Shown in pieces: positions 38,250-47,487 of a stretch of DNA of 64,000 nucleotides. A program made the position numbers and the translations under genes. The stretch is from a virus (Duplodnaviria > Caudoviricetes): the IMG/VR virus record IMGVR_UViG_3300016659_000057, positions 19,446-83,445 of that record; one strand, 5' to 3'. Position 1 is the stretch's first letter; every line of letters starts with the position of its first letter. The notes beneath the pieces were generated by a model. The model worked only from the letters and a program-made list of their open reading frames with translations, ran no database searches and had not been told where the DNA came from.

Positions 38250-38282
38250 GGCAATAAAAAACCCGGCGCGGTGGCCGGGTTT
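38250..38282 (-). terminator. Intrinsic terminator after Q-like gene
   Basis: AAACCCGGCC...GCCGGGTTTTTTATTGCC. Confidence 0.7.
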
Positions 38283-38365
38283 GTTTGTCTCTTGCATCAC
38301 CTACATGCGCAAGTACGACAGGATGGGCACATAATCGGCGAACCGGCAGGCCCTGTCAAGGCCCT

Positions 38366-39037
38366 CTAAGCTGCATCCTGGTCATCGAAGAAGACGCCCT
38401 CCTTCGTCAGGATCTCACCGGCCTCGAGAAGCGCCTCATTGACCATCTTGTCCAGGCCCTTGAAGATCTTGCGGCGCCAGTCCCGCCGGGTGCGCTCCGG
38501 AGTACCATCCAAGTCCCAGGTGTTCATGTCGTAGTTATGGGCTGGCAGGATGATGACGCCTTCGCACGGCGCTTCCTGGCGCTGCTTGAGCTTGGCATTG
38601 ATCGCCTTCTGGGCTTTTGCCACCGCCGCTTTCCTCCAGGCCGGGGCATAATCATCAACCTCAAGCTTCACCTTTCCAGCAGGCGCGCGCTCGGCCCCGC
38701 CCAACTGCGGATAGGCCCACGCCGTAACCGCCTTGGTCAGGAACAGGCGAGGTGCCGGCGATGAAACATGCGAAACGATCCGGCCTATGGCTCCGACCTT
38801 CGAGGCCATGTGCGTCGAGTAGCAGGCGTTCAAGGCCATCCAGTGTTTCGGCGCAAGGCAAGAGTGCAGCCGACCAAACACCCAGCAATCTGTGAGGAAT
38901 GCCGCTTCCTTGCCTACGATCTCCCCCTTGAGCTTGTTGGCCTGGACCTTTGGTGTGTAGTCACAGCCGCCGGCGCTGTTGATCGTCTCGGATGCCAACG
39001 CACGGATAACTGCGGAAATAACGTCTCGATAGGTCAT
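38366..39037 (-). CDS. Putative late antiterminator / Q-position regulator
   Basis: Last gene of nin region before late operon; C-terminal HTH-like RTRRDWRRKI; assignment mainly positional. Confidence 0.6.
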   Translation of the reverse strand: MTYRDVISAVIRALASETINSAGGCDYTPKVQANKLKGEIVGKEAAFLTDCWVFGRLHSCLAPKHWMALNACYSTHMASKVGAIGRIVSHVSSPAPRLFLTKAVTAWAYPQLGGAERAPAGKVKLEVDDYAPAWRKAAVAKAQKAINAKLKQRQEAPCEGVIILPAHNYDMNTWDLDGTPERTRRDWRRKIFKGLDKMVNEALLEAGEILTKEGVFFDDQDAA

Positions 39038-39645
39038 GCTGCAGCCCTCTTGAGTTCTCTGGTCTTTGCCCGGTAGTCGGCGGTCATCGCCTTCAACTCA
39101 TCCACGGTGTACTTCTTGGCCTCATGCGGACCTTCCAGCCACTCAACTGCGTCGGCGCCGATACGCTTCACCAACTCAATGCGGTAATTCACGATGTTCC
39201 CGGAAAGCCGGGTGTTGCACGGCGAACACTGGCGGTGGCAGTTCATCGGCTCGAAGCGCAAGGCCGGATTGCTGCCCACTGTCCGGTAATGGCCAGCGTC
39301 ATACTTACCCTTGTGGTGTCGGCCGCAGCTGACGCATGGCAGTTCCGCGTCACGGGCGCGCACCCAGGCGTTGAAGGCCTGCTGCGTGTCTTTGAGGTGA
39401 TCAGCCCTACTCTTCAGTTTTTCCTTCTGGACCTTTATCTCGCGGCGCCCTACTTCGGCCAAGGCTTTCCCGGCGATCGCGCGCCCCTTTTCGGACTTAC
39501 CGTGTGCGATCGCGCACTCGATCTCGCCGCACACCACCTGCGATTCGCGCGTTTTCGTGAACATCACCCGGCACTCTGGGCAGCGTTTGCGACGCGGTCC
39601 GCCGGAGGTGAGCGGAGTCTTGCGTTGCAGCGGGGTGCGCTTCAT
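39034..39645 (-). CDS. ninG: NinG (Rap)-family nuclease
   Basis: FNAWVRARD...CVSCG...DAGHYR...LRF...NCHRQC..CN motifs. Confidence 0.88.
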   Translation of the reverse strand: MKRTPLQRKTPLTSGGPRRKRCPECRVMFTKTRESQVVCGEIECAIAHGKSEKGRAIAGKALAEVGRREIKVQKEKLKSRADHLKDTQQAFNAWVRARDAELPCVSCGRHHKGKYDAGHYRTVGSNPALRFEPMNCHRQCSPCNTRLSGNIVNYRIELVKRIGADAVEWLEGPHEAKKYTVDELKAMTADYRAKTRELKRAAA

Positions 39646-39950
39646 GCGGCCTCCTTGGCTTTCTGCTGCCCGAATTCAAAATTGCCACGCAAAGGCATGA
39701 GGTATTTCTCAGCAATGCAGCAACGCGGGTGCTCGACAAGGGTCTTGCCGATGGTCAATGACACCAAGCCATCTGCCTCCACCACCCAGGCGTTTGCATC
39801 TCCACGGTTAAACCATGGACCGTGGGCGGAAAACGAGTCGCAGCCAGGCCCCAAGCACTCAACCAGCTGCACGCAGCGCCCTATCAGGGTTGGCACCAGC
39901 GGACAGGAAACGATCAACGCCAGGTCGCCCGGCTTGAAGTTATGACTCAT
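39642..39950 (-). CDS. Phage hypothetical protein
   Basis: FKPGDLALIV, ATGA-coupled. Confidence 0.7.
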   Translation of the reverse strand: MSHNFKPGDLALIVSCPLVPTLIGRCVQLVECLGPGCDSFSAHGPWFNRGDANAWVVEADGLVSLTIGKTLVEHPRCCIAEKYLMPLRGNFEFGQQKAKEAA

Positions 39951-40462
39951 GCGGCCTCCTTGAACGCTTCAAACTCGGCCATTTCGGTCAGGCGCTCTTC
40001 GGTAAGCGTCGGCCAGTCGTGCAGCACCAGGTACGCGCAGCACTGTCGCCAGAAGTCTTGGAATACCTCTTCGCCCATCGAGTCGTAGGAGAGGCTTCGG
40101 GGTGTCTTGCGGGTGAGCTGGCCCAGGCCCGGAATGTCGAACGCTTCCTCATCGCAGTACACGCCCGACTCCAATTGCAGGGCCTTGATCGCGTCGTGGG
40201 ACTGCTTGCCGGAGAACCGGTCGATGTTCTGGCTCAGCACCCGGCCCAGGCCGTGGACCAAACCATTGAACCGTGGGTTGCGTGGCTGCTTGAGCTCGGC
40301 ACGAATCTTCGTGTTGATCCGGAAATCCCGCTCGCGCAGGATCGACCGGTCGGCGTCGGAGGACGGCACGAACGCGGCCACCTCCTTGCCCGTGGCTGGA
40401 TCGACCAGGCGGCGCAGCACCAGGTACACAGGCATTGGGCGGGGTTTGGCTGGCTTCGTCAT
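39947..40462 (-). CDS. Nin-region hypothetical protein (NinB/DUF1367-like)
   Basis: QPRNPRFNGLVH, PRSLSYDSM.EE.F pattern. Confidence 0.6.
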   Translation of the reverse strand: MTKPAKPRPMPVYLVLRRLVDPATGKEVAAFVPSSDADRSILRERDFRINTKIRAELKQPRNPRFNGLVHGLGRVLSQNIDRFSGKQSHDAIKALQLESGVYCDEEAFDIPGLGQLTRKTPRSLSYDSMGEEVFQDFWRQCCAYLVLHDWPTLTEERLTEMAEFEAFKEAA

Positions 40463-41256
40463 TGCGCCGCCCTCTTCACTTCCAGTTCGCGGGCCTGCTC
40501 AATCAGCAGCGCCCGTCGATCCGTCAACTCGTTGGCTGCTTCAATCCGTAATTCGGTTTTCCGCTCGGCGCTGGCCTTGCGCATTTCCAGCATCGATTTC
40601 TTCACCAGCTCCAGCTTCTTGCGAAGGGCTGGCTCTGGCTGGGTAACGCTGCCAGTGAGCAAGCCAGCAATGGCCCGCCCATCCTCGGTGACCGGCTCGA
40701 CGCTCAGGTCTGCCAGGTACTTCTGGGCATGTCCGCGAGGGATGCGCTTGAGCTCCATTGCCTTAGTCACAGCCTGGATGCGACGGTTGGCGTCAAAGCC
40801 CACGGAAACGTGCCAGTTGACCGGCTTCGCGTCCTCGCGGGCCTGGCCTACGAACCGCTGGTAGGCGTCGATAAACGCCATGCGCGCTCCGATTTTGTCG
40901 CCGCCATCCAGGATGGGTTTCGCGGCAGCCAGGGCCAATTGGATTTCGTCGGTCAGCACCACGGTTTCATATTCATCGTTGGTCGTCATGGCGATGGCCC
41001 ACGCCTCATCCTTTCCAGGACGGCCGTCAGATGTCTGGACACGCTGCAGGATGTCAGCCATCGCCAGCTTGCCCTTCACTTCGAAACGACACGCCTTCAG
41101 CGCGGCTTTGACGACAGGCACGGGGTAGGCGCAAAGGTCTTCGGCCATCATCGCGGCGGTGCCTGGGTTCATTTCCTGGCCCATGGCCTCGGCTGTGGCG
41201 CAGATGGCGGCGGCCAGCCCGGCAACCTGCTGGTCATTCATTTCAAAGGTATTCAT
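40459..41256 (-). CDS. Replication-associated protein (P position)
   Basis: Follows initiator; DGRPGKDEAW motif. Confidence 0.65.
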   Translation of the reverse strand: MNTFEMNDQQVAGLAAAICATAEAMGQEMNPGTAAMMAEDLCAYPVPVVKAALKACRFEVKGKLAMADILQRVQTSDGRPGKDEAWAIAMTTNDEYETVVLTDEIQLALAAAKPILDGGDKIGARMAFIDAYQRFVGQAREDAKPVNWHVSVGFDANRRIQAVTKAMELKRIPRGHAQKYLADLSVEPVTEDGRAIAGLLTGSVTQPEPALRKKLELVKKSMLEMRKASAERKTELRIEAANELTDRRALLIEQARELEVKRAAQ

Positions 41257-42220
41257 TGCGGTCACCTGCTTGGCGTTTGGCCAAAACCATCTGAGCGGCC
41301 TGCTCCGCTGCGGAGTGGTTCGCTTCTGTCCGTTCCATCTGGCGGGCGGTTGTGCCGTTGATGCGCTGCCCAGTGACCCACTGGGTGTGGTAGCTCTCGG
41401 CGTTGGCCAGCAGCTCGTTGAGGCTGTGGCACTTGCGCAGCACAGCGGCGTCGCTGGTTTTCAGGAAGTGGGCGGCGACGTGGTGAGCTACATCGGCGCC
41501 GAGGCGGTCGACCAACTGTCCGAGCTGGCCACCGACCTTGGCATTCCACACAGGCCAGGCGCTGTAGCGCTTGCGGTAAGCCATGGCGTAGTTCGCCCAG
41601 ACCTTGAAGGTTTTGCAGGTCTGGTCTTTGGGGCCCGGCATATCGGCGGGGATCTCAACCCGTGGGGCATCGGTGCGATCAACCACCAGCACCAAGCCGC
41701 GGGACTGAGCCGGCTTGCCGGTGGCGTCCTGCAAGTCCTGACTGGTGTCCTGATTGGTACCCTGATGATTGGTATCCTGATTTGTCGGAGATTTATCCGA
41801 CCCTTGCTCGGATTTTTTTCCGACCTTGCTCGGAGATTTATCCGAGGTAGATCGGATATTTTTCCGACCTTTGTTTTTTGGTGGGGTCGGATATTTTTCC
41901 GACCCATCAAGCTTCTGGTTCCACTCGATGGCCTTCTCGGTAAGGCGAAAAAGCGTGATGTTCGAAGTGCTGGAAAGCTCAATCAAACCGGCCTCTTCCA
42001 GGGCCTTCAGCATGCGGTAAGCGGTGTCTGGCTTGTCTGTGAGCAGCGGCAGCTCCTCAGTGATCTTTGCCTTGCTCAGCGCGAAGAAGACCCCGTCATC
42101 GGTCTTGATTGGCTTGGTCCAGCTCGGGCAGCCGTAGACGAAGGCAAACAGCAGGGCCTGCTGAGAATTCAGCCCCCACTCCAGCGCCTTCACCTGATTA
42201 ATCGTGACGGTGTATTGCAT
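41243..42220 (-). CDS. Replication initiator (O-like)
   Basis: N-terminal winged HTH, internal iterons. Confidence 0.82.
   Translation of the reverse strand: MQYTVTINQVKALEWGLNSQQALLFAFVYGCPSWTKPIKTDDGVFFALSKAKITEELPLLTDKPDTAYRMLKALEEAGLIELSSTSNITLFRLTEKAIEWNQKLDGSEKYPTPPKNKGRKNIRSTSDKSPSKVGKKSEQGSDKSPTNQDTNHQGTNQDTSQDLQDATGKPAQSRGLVLVVDRTDAPRVEIPADMPGPKDQTCKTFKVWANYAMAYRKRYSAWPVWNAKVGGQLGQLVDRLGADVAHHVAAHFLKTSDAAVLRKCHSLNELLANAESYHTQWVTGQRINGTTARQMERTEANHSAAEQAAQMVLAKRQAGDRNEYL
41785..41902. repeat. Five iterons TCGGA-N6-TCCGA, phage replication origin
   Basis: Copies start at 41785, 41808, 41830, 41852, 41887; T-rich stretch before fifth. Confidence 0.85.
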
Positions 42221-42221
42221 G

Positions 42222-43082
42222 TCAGGCCTTCCCGACCTTAGCGGCCAAATCAAGGAAGCGATCCACGTACCAGTGAGGCTGCGTCTCGCGGGGGCATTGA
42301 GGGCTGGTGAGGTTCTTGCCGTAGGCCATGCCCTTCTCGGTCACAGACCAGAAGTCCACCATTTCCTGCTTGGAGTTTTTGCGCTGGAGGACCTTGAGGA
42401 AGCCGTGGGCCTCAAGTGCAAGGTTGAAGGCGCGGGCAGTGCTGGCGATGGCGTGATCTTTGATCAGGGCGGTGATTGCCTTGGTCGGCATCGAAGACCC
42501 GCCGGCAGCGTCGGAGGCGGCGTCCACTGCATAGCCTGGGAGGAATTTGGCATCCAGGCCGTTGTTGGCGGCGATCTGCACAAGCATCATCATTTTGCTG
42601 GAGGGCGCCGGCTTCAGCAGGCGATCGAAGCATTCCAGAATGGCGAGTTCGCCAATGACCTTGGAGTTGTTCGTCTCCTGGCCGGTGTAAGAGCCGGTCT
42701 TTCGAATGGTCGGCAGGACCTGGCCAACCACCCACTCTTCGAACTGCTCAGCAGCCGGAAGCTTGGACTTCATCACCAGCCGGTAGAGATCGCGTTCAGG
42801 GATGATTTGCACTGCGCGGACCTGACCTCCCATTTCGGTATGGCAGGTGCTGACCGCTTTGCAGTGGACATTGATCGCCTTCGACGTGTTGGAGTAGCCC
42901 AGGGCTTCGGCGATGTCCTTGGCGATGAACCATGGCTCCCCGTGACCGTCGTCAATTACGCGGACGGGAAAGCCGTGGAAGTCGAAAGGTGTCACTGGTT
43001 TAATCCGCGCCACGTTTTCAGATTGCGAAAAACGTGGCGCGAGATTGTTGGAGGTATTGACGGGGGTTGATTGTGTATTCAT
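42222..43082 (-). CDS. Antirepressor, BRO-N plus KilA-C-like domain
   Basis: PWFIAKDIAEALGYSN, FEEWVVGQVLPTIRKTGSY. Confidence 0.88.
   Translation of the reverse strand: MNTQSTPVNTSNNLAPRFSQSENVARIKPVTPFDFHGFPVRVIDDGHGEPWFIAKDIAEALGYSNTSKAINVHCKAVSTCHTEMGGQVRAVQIIPERDLYRLVMKSKLPAAEQFEEWVVGQVLPTIRKTGSYTGQETNNSKVIGELAILECFDRLLKPAPSSKMMMLVQIAANNGLDAKFLPGYAVDAASDAAGGSSMPTKAITALIKDHAIASTARAFNLALEAHGFLKVLQRKNSKQEMVDFWSVTEKGMAYGKNLTSPQCPRETQPHWYVDRFLDLAAKVGKA
43006..43041. repeat. 13-10-13 perfect inverted repeat element (copy 2) inside antirepressor 5' end
   Basis: CGCGCCACGTTTT-N10-AAAACGTGGCGCG. Confidence 0.8.
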
Positions 43083-43143
43083 TATTGCCTCGCTGATGTA
43101 GCAATGAGCCAGGCCACGAACCTGGTTTTTTTGTGCCTGTGAT

Positions 43144-43746
43144 TTAGTGAGCCTTCGAACCAACAAGCGCGGCCCGATCTGCCATTGCGACGGCATGAGC
43201 GGCAAGGGACCGGCAGAAGGTTTCAAATGACTCGGCGTAAACTTGGTCTTTCTGGTCAAACACGCCATCGGCAAAAACCTTTCCGCCCAGGCCAGCTACG
43301 AGCCCAAAACTCGTTGAGATACCGGCGAACACCTGCAAGGCGTCGTCGATACCAGAGCCAACCTGCTTAACAGCCAAAAGACCGTAGCGACTCGACAGCT
43401 CAATCAATGCGCGGTCACGCCAGGGCTGATCCAGGGCTGCAACCCATGACTCTTCAATCCACGAAGGGATCTCAATGCGGTCGTCGCTGTCATCGAGCCA
43501 GCGCTCTACGCGCTTGCTCCAGGCCTTGTAGGCGCGACCGTAGGCCTGCATGTCTGCGGTTTTGGTCATGCCCTGTAAATCCGGAAAACCCTTTTCCTTG
43601 CAGCGCTCCGGCGCTCGCGTAAACAGCTGGTGGTTGAGCTGCTCAGCGAAGCCGTCTTGGCTCATGCTCGTTCTCGCGATCATGTCGCGCGCAATGGCGA
43701 CCAAGACCGCATCGCGTGTTTCGTGTCGCAAGTTCGACGTTTGCAT
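43144..43746 (-). CDS. CII-position regulatory protein
   Basis: 200-aa ORF after cro; assignment positional. Confidence 0.6.
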   Translation of the reverse strand: MQTSNLRHETRDAVLVAIARDMIARTSMSQDGFAEQLNHQLFTRAPERCKEKGFPDLQGMTKTADMQAYGRAYKAWSKRVERWLDDSDDRIEIPSWIEESWVAALDQPWRDRALIELSSRYGLLAVKQVGSGIDDALQVFAGISTSFGLVAGLGGKVFADGVFDQKDQVYAESFETFCRSLAAHAVAMADRAALVGSKAH

Positions 43747-43796
43747 GGGGACTGCTCTCTTCTAATCTGGCTTCAATGGAACGGCGGACGGGGATG

Positions 43797-44051
43797 TCAG
43801 GCGGCGGACTGCTGCGAAGCCTCAATAGATGCCGAAGCGATCTGCCCCCATGGAAACGATGGGCAAAGGTCGGCGCGGTTTACGACGCCACCGGTCAATG
43901 CTTCGATTTGAACTGCGCGCTTTGCTGGGACTGCGCGCTCGCCGGAGCACCACTGATTAACGGTGGGTGCAGTGACCTGCAGCAGGCGCGCCATTTCCAC
44001 CTGACTACCCAGCAAGCGAGATGCTTCTTTGGCCGCTTCTGCTGATTTCAT
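43797..44051 (-). CDS. cro: Cro-like (YdaS-type) HTH repressor
   Basis: GSQVEMARLLQVTAPTVNQW...VP...IEALTGG.V...DLCP; divergent from cI. Confidence 0.88.
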   Translation of the reverse strand: MKSAEAAKEASRLLGSQVEMARLLQVTAPTVNQWCSGERAVPAKRAVQIEALTGGVVNRADLCPSFPWGQIASASIEASQQSAA

Positions 44052-44080
44052 GAGTTCTCTCCTGGAGATTTGTGTCGAAT

Positions 44081-44155
44081 ATAAGGCATTACCTTATCAC
44101 GGGCAAGCCATTGCCTAACCGTCAGCGCAATAGGCTTAATTAGGCAATGCTTACC
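44081..44155. promoter_or_regulatory. OR-like operators, three 17-bp imperfect palindromes
   Basis: ATAAGGCATTACCTTAT (44081), GCAAGCCATTGCCTAAC (44103), ATTAGGCAATGCTTACC (44139, overlaps cI ATG). Confidence 0.75.
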
Positions 44156-45001
44156 GGACCAGAATTAGGCGCAGCCATTGAAGCTGCGCGGATCGCCAAG
44201 GGCGTATCGAAAAAAGACCTCGCAGACGACTTCTCCGTGAAGCCTCCGTCGATACAGGGCTGGGTGAAAAACGGCAGGATCGACAAGTCGAAGCTGATGG
44301 ACGTGATCGCCTATTTCTCCGATGTCGTTGGCCCAGAGCACTGGGGTCTGCGCCCTGGCTTTTCATATGAAAATATTGGAGACGGCGCCAGAACTGGCGT
44401 TTTAGTTGCTGAGCCAGAGCCTGCTTCGACCGCCGTCGAGAAGTTCCGAGCAATGCTTGCTGGGAAGCGCCTCGGCGAAGACAAGCTAATGAGGCTTCTA
44501 GCTATTGCGGAAGATGACGCCCTGGGCGAGGAGTTGGGCGGCTTGGTGCATGACGCCTACAGGCCTGGAAAGGTGGGCGACGAAGTATGGATTGCTCACT
44601 ATGACGTACGCGGAGCCTTGGGCGGCGGCGAAATTGCTCATGACTTCCCCGAGATGCTCCAGGACGTGCGCGTCAGCCCCTCCCAGCTCCGAGCCATGGG
44701 CGTCGAGTTCAAAGAGCACTTCCATCTGAAGATGATCACCGGCTGGGGGCAGTCCATGACGCCAACCATCAAGCATGGCGATCCGCTACTGGTCGATGTC
44801 AGCATCAAAGAGTTCGTTGGCGATGGAATCTACTTCTTCTCGTACCAAGGCTTTCAGTACATCAAGCGTCTGCAAATGAAGGGTAAGGACAAATTCAAGA
44901 TGCTGTCGGACAATCGGAAGCACAAGGCCGAGGACATCTTTCTTGATGAAACGTACATCCAGGCGCGTGTGCTGCTCGTCTGGAATGCCAATCTGGTATA
45001 G
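44147..45001 (+). CDS. cI: CI-like repressor, HTH + S24 peptidase
   Basis: N-terminal HTH; GQSMTP (Ser) and YIKRL (Lys) autocleavage dyad. Confidence 0.92.
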   Translation: MLTGPELGAAIEAARIAKGVSKKDLADDFSVKPPSIQGWVKNGRIDKSKLMDVIAYFSDVVGPEHWGLRPGFSYENIGDGARTGVLVAEPEPASTAVEKFRAMLAGKRLGEDKLMRLLAIAEDDALGEELGGLVHDAYRPGKVGDEVWIAHYDVRGALGGGEIAHDFPEMLQDVRVSPSQLRAMGVEFKEHFHLKMITGWGQSMTPTIKHGDPLLVDVSIKEFVGDGIYFFSYQGFQYIKRLQMKGKDKFKMLSDNRKHKAEDIFLDETYIQARVLLVWNANLV

Positions 45002-45004
45002 CCC

Positions 45005-45232
45005 ATGCCCCTCACCAAGCCCAACAAACAGCTGTGCAACGAGCTCAATTACCTTGGGCTGGGCCTCGAGCAAGCCGCGGGCGGCATAATCAACATCACT
45101 AAGGACTGCCAAGATATCGATGTTGCAGCCGTCCTAAAGCTGGTAGCGAAGTTATACGATGATGCGGATCGGCTCGCCGCCCTCGCAGACGAGGTTGGTG
45201 CTGGACTGATAACGCGAACCGAATCTGAGTAG
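45005..45232 (+). CDS. Small helical protein, array member 1
   Basis: MPLTKPN...ADEV motif. Confidence 0.75.
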   Translation: MPLTKPNKQLCNELNYLGLGLEQAAGGIINITKDCQDIDVAAVLKLVAKLYDDADRLAALADEVGAGLITRTESE

Positions 45233-45258
45233 GATCGAAGAAACAGCAAGGAGACTGC

Positions 45259-45495
45259 ATGCCCCTCACCATGCCAAACCAGCAACTGCACCGCGACCTT
45301 AAAGAGGCTACCGCCCTGCTCAAGTGGTCAGGCGTCGACCTGAAGCAGGCTGCTGTAAAGCTTTCTGATGCCGGCCAGGAAGATGACGCTCGCGAACTGA
45401 TAGCGATCGCTATGAGGTTCCAGGAGGTCGAGGAGCTGATGGATGGGTATGCGGATGAGGTAAAGACGGCGCATATAACGCGCGTCAGTCGCTAG
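45259..45495 (+). CDS. Small helical protein, array member 2
   Basis: MPLTMPN...LKWS...GYADEV; AAGGAG RBS. Confidence 0.78.
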   Translation: MPLTMPNQQLHRDLKEATALLKWSGVDLKQAAVKLSDAGQEDDARELIAIAMRFQEVEELMDGYADEVKTAHITRVSR

Positions 45496-45526
45496 GTAAA
45501 TAATCGCACAGATAAATGCGGAGAAC

Positions 45527-45718
45527 ATGGCTATGACGCAGACTGCAAAATCTGAGATTGAAGCTTACTCGGCGAACCTTGAAGCTATCGCCGAAACGCT
45601 GGCCAGTCAGGCAGTGGAATTAATGAATGCAGGCCTTATCGATCTCGGCGAAGCAGCCCTGGAGCAGTCCGTAAAGCTCAGAGACGCCATTGAGCGCCTT
45701 CGAGCCATAGATCTGTAA
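45527..45718 (+). CDS. 63-aa helical protein within array
   Basis: GGAG RBS. Confidence 0.65.
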   Translation: MAMTQTAKSEIEAYSANLEAIAETLASQAVELMNAGLIDLGEAALEQSVKLRDAIERLRAIDL

Positions 45719-45727
45719 GGACGCATT

Positions 45728-45973
45728 ATGACCCTCGACAAACCAAACCAAGATCTCAAGCGCGACCTACAAGGCATCGCCTCAGACCTCAAGTGGTCAG
45801 CCGTAGAGCTGATGAGGATTGCGGAGCGGCTGAGCTTGGCAGGGAATGAGGCAGACGCCCAGGCCGTGCTGAAGATGTGCACCGTGTTTCATGCTGATGA
45901 GGATCGACTGGCGGGTTATGCGGATGAGGTGAAGGACGGCCGGATAATTCGGGCTGCGGAACATCGCAAATGA
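45728..45973 (+). CDS. Small helical protein, array member 3
   Basis: MTLDKPN...LKWS...GYADEV; AAGGA RBS. Confidence 0.78.
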   Translation: MTLDKPNQDLKRDLQGIASDLKWSAVELMRIAERLSLAGNEADAQAVLKMCTVFHADEDRLAGYADEVKDGRIIRAAEHRK

Positions 45974-46191
45974 CTGCATGGCGAGAGCAGAGCTTCTGGA
46001 GCAAGTTCGGGGTCATTGCTTGCCTGGCTTTCCTCATGATGATCCCCGGCTACTCCGACTCGGCCGGGATGAGCTGGGGCTCATCAGGCCGCAAGCGGGT
46101 GTTCAGCCCGGGCTTCGTGGTTCTCTGCGTTTTCGTGGCTGTGATTGAGTTGATCGCGCTGAACCACTTCTATGGAGTGCGGATGAGGTGA
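45970..46191 (+). CDS. Small two-TM protein
   Basis: ATGA-coupled, two hydrophobic segments. Confidence 0.6.
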   Translation: MTAWREQSFWSKFGVIACLAFLMMIPGYSDSAGMSWGSSGRKRVFSPGFVVLCVFVAVIELIALNHFYGVRMR

Positions 46192-46353
46192 GGGCGGGCG
46201 AATCACGAGATCTGGCCTTAGCAGGTGCGGCGCGCGAGGTGCGCGATGAACGGGCTGGCTCATAGGTGACGAATAGCTTTTAGAGTCCGTCTATGTCGCG
46301 TAGAGTCAGGCCCATGCTAGGTGTTGTGTAATGTCTAACGAAAGGTTTCGCAC

Positions 46354-47487
46354 ATGGAAGCGCTAATCAACCCAGAAATACTGAGATGGGCCCGTTCCAG
46401 GGCGAGAATCAGCGCGGGCACGCTTGCGAAAAGTATCGGGACAGCTGAGGACAACGTGCTTGCTTGGGAAGACGGAGCGAAACGGCCTTCTTTTAACCAA
46501 GCCATGAACTACGCGCATCATACCCACATCCCTTTTGGCTATTTGTATCTAGCAAAACCGCCTGTTGAAGACCTACCTCTACCCGACCTTAGAACCGTTA
46601 ACGGTCGAGAGCCAAGCTATAGTCTCGCTCTCAGAGACACAATCCGTTGGGCGATGGAACGACAAGATTGGTACCGTAGCTGGTTAACTTCCCAGGGATA
46701 TGAGAAAAACGAAGTAGTTGGCATCCTAAGTATTAACGATGGAGTTCCCGCAGTTGTGGTTAGCATGCGGGAGAAGTTGGGAATACCTGAAATGCCAAAA
46801 CGTGGAACGTTCGATGATTATTTTACTAAGCTGGTTCAAAGCATAGAAAATATCGGAATTCTGGTTATGCGTAATAGTATTGTAAACAACAATACGAGTA
46901 GGCCTCTTTCGGTTGATGAGTTTCGTGGTTTTGCGATGAGCGACGCTCTAGCTCCTGTACTATTCGTCAATACTGCCGACTGCCCCGAGGCCAGACTCTT
47001 CACTCTCATCCACGAGCTTACGCATATCTGGATTGGGAAGTCTGGCGTATCTGACGCAGAGCCACAGACGCACAATAGAGAAGAGATATTCTGCAATGCC
47101 GTTGCCGCTGAACTGCTGGCGCCAGAACGTGAGTTTCGTATTGCCTGGAAGCATTTCGAGGATTGGAAAGATAACCTCCCTTTCATCACACGGACATTCC
47201 ATGTCAGTGAGTGGGTGATTGCTAGGCGCGCATTGACGCTGGGGTTCATCAGCCAAGCTGATTACAGTAATTTCATTGGTAGCAAAATAGCAGCGCACAA
47301 AGCCAGAAATAAAGATGGAGCTCCTCCCTACTCGCGACTACAAACTGGACGAATCAGTAAGACTCTGGCCAAAGCCGTGGCGAGTGAGGCATTAAGTGGC
47401 CGTATGCTATTCAGGGATGCCTCTAGGCTGATGGGAATAAAGCCACACAAGATTTCTGAATATTCTAAGAAGGAACTTGGATTTTGA
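46354..47487 (+). CDS. XRE-HTH + ImmA/IrrE (M78) metallopeptidase
   Basis: INPEILRWAR HTH, LPDLRT, FTLIHELTHIW (HExxH), EE.FCNAVAAE.L. Confidence 0.88.
   Translation: MEALINPEILRWARSRARISAGTLAKSIGTAEDNVLAWEDGAKRPSFNQAMNYAHHTHIPFGYLYLAKPPVEDLPLPDLRTVNGREPSYSLALRDTIRWAMERQDWYRSWLTSQGYEKNEVVGILSINDGVPAVVVSMREKLGIPEMPKRGTFDDYFTKLVQSIENIGILVMRNSIVNNNTSRPLSVDEFRGFAMSDALAPVLFVNTADCPEARLFTLIHELTHIWIGKSGVSDAEPQTHNREEIFCNAVAAELLAPEREFRIAWKHFEDWKDNLPFITRTFHVSEWVIARRALTLGFISQADYSNFIGSKIAAHKARNKDGAPPYSRLQTGRISKTLAKAVASEALSGRMLFRDASRLMGIKPHKISEYSKKELGF

Noticed and set aside
41736-41784. CCTGA(T/C)TGGT short repeats as a separate regulatory array
   Set aside because: Explained by the TNQD/TNHQ low-complexity linker next to the iterons.
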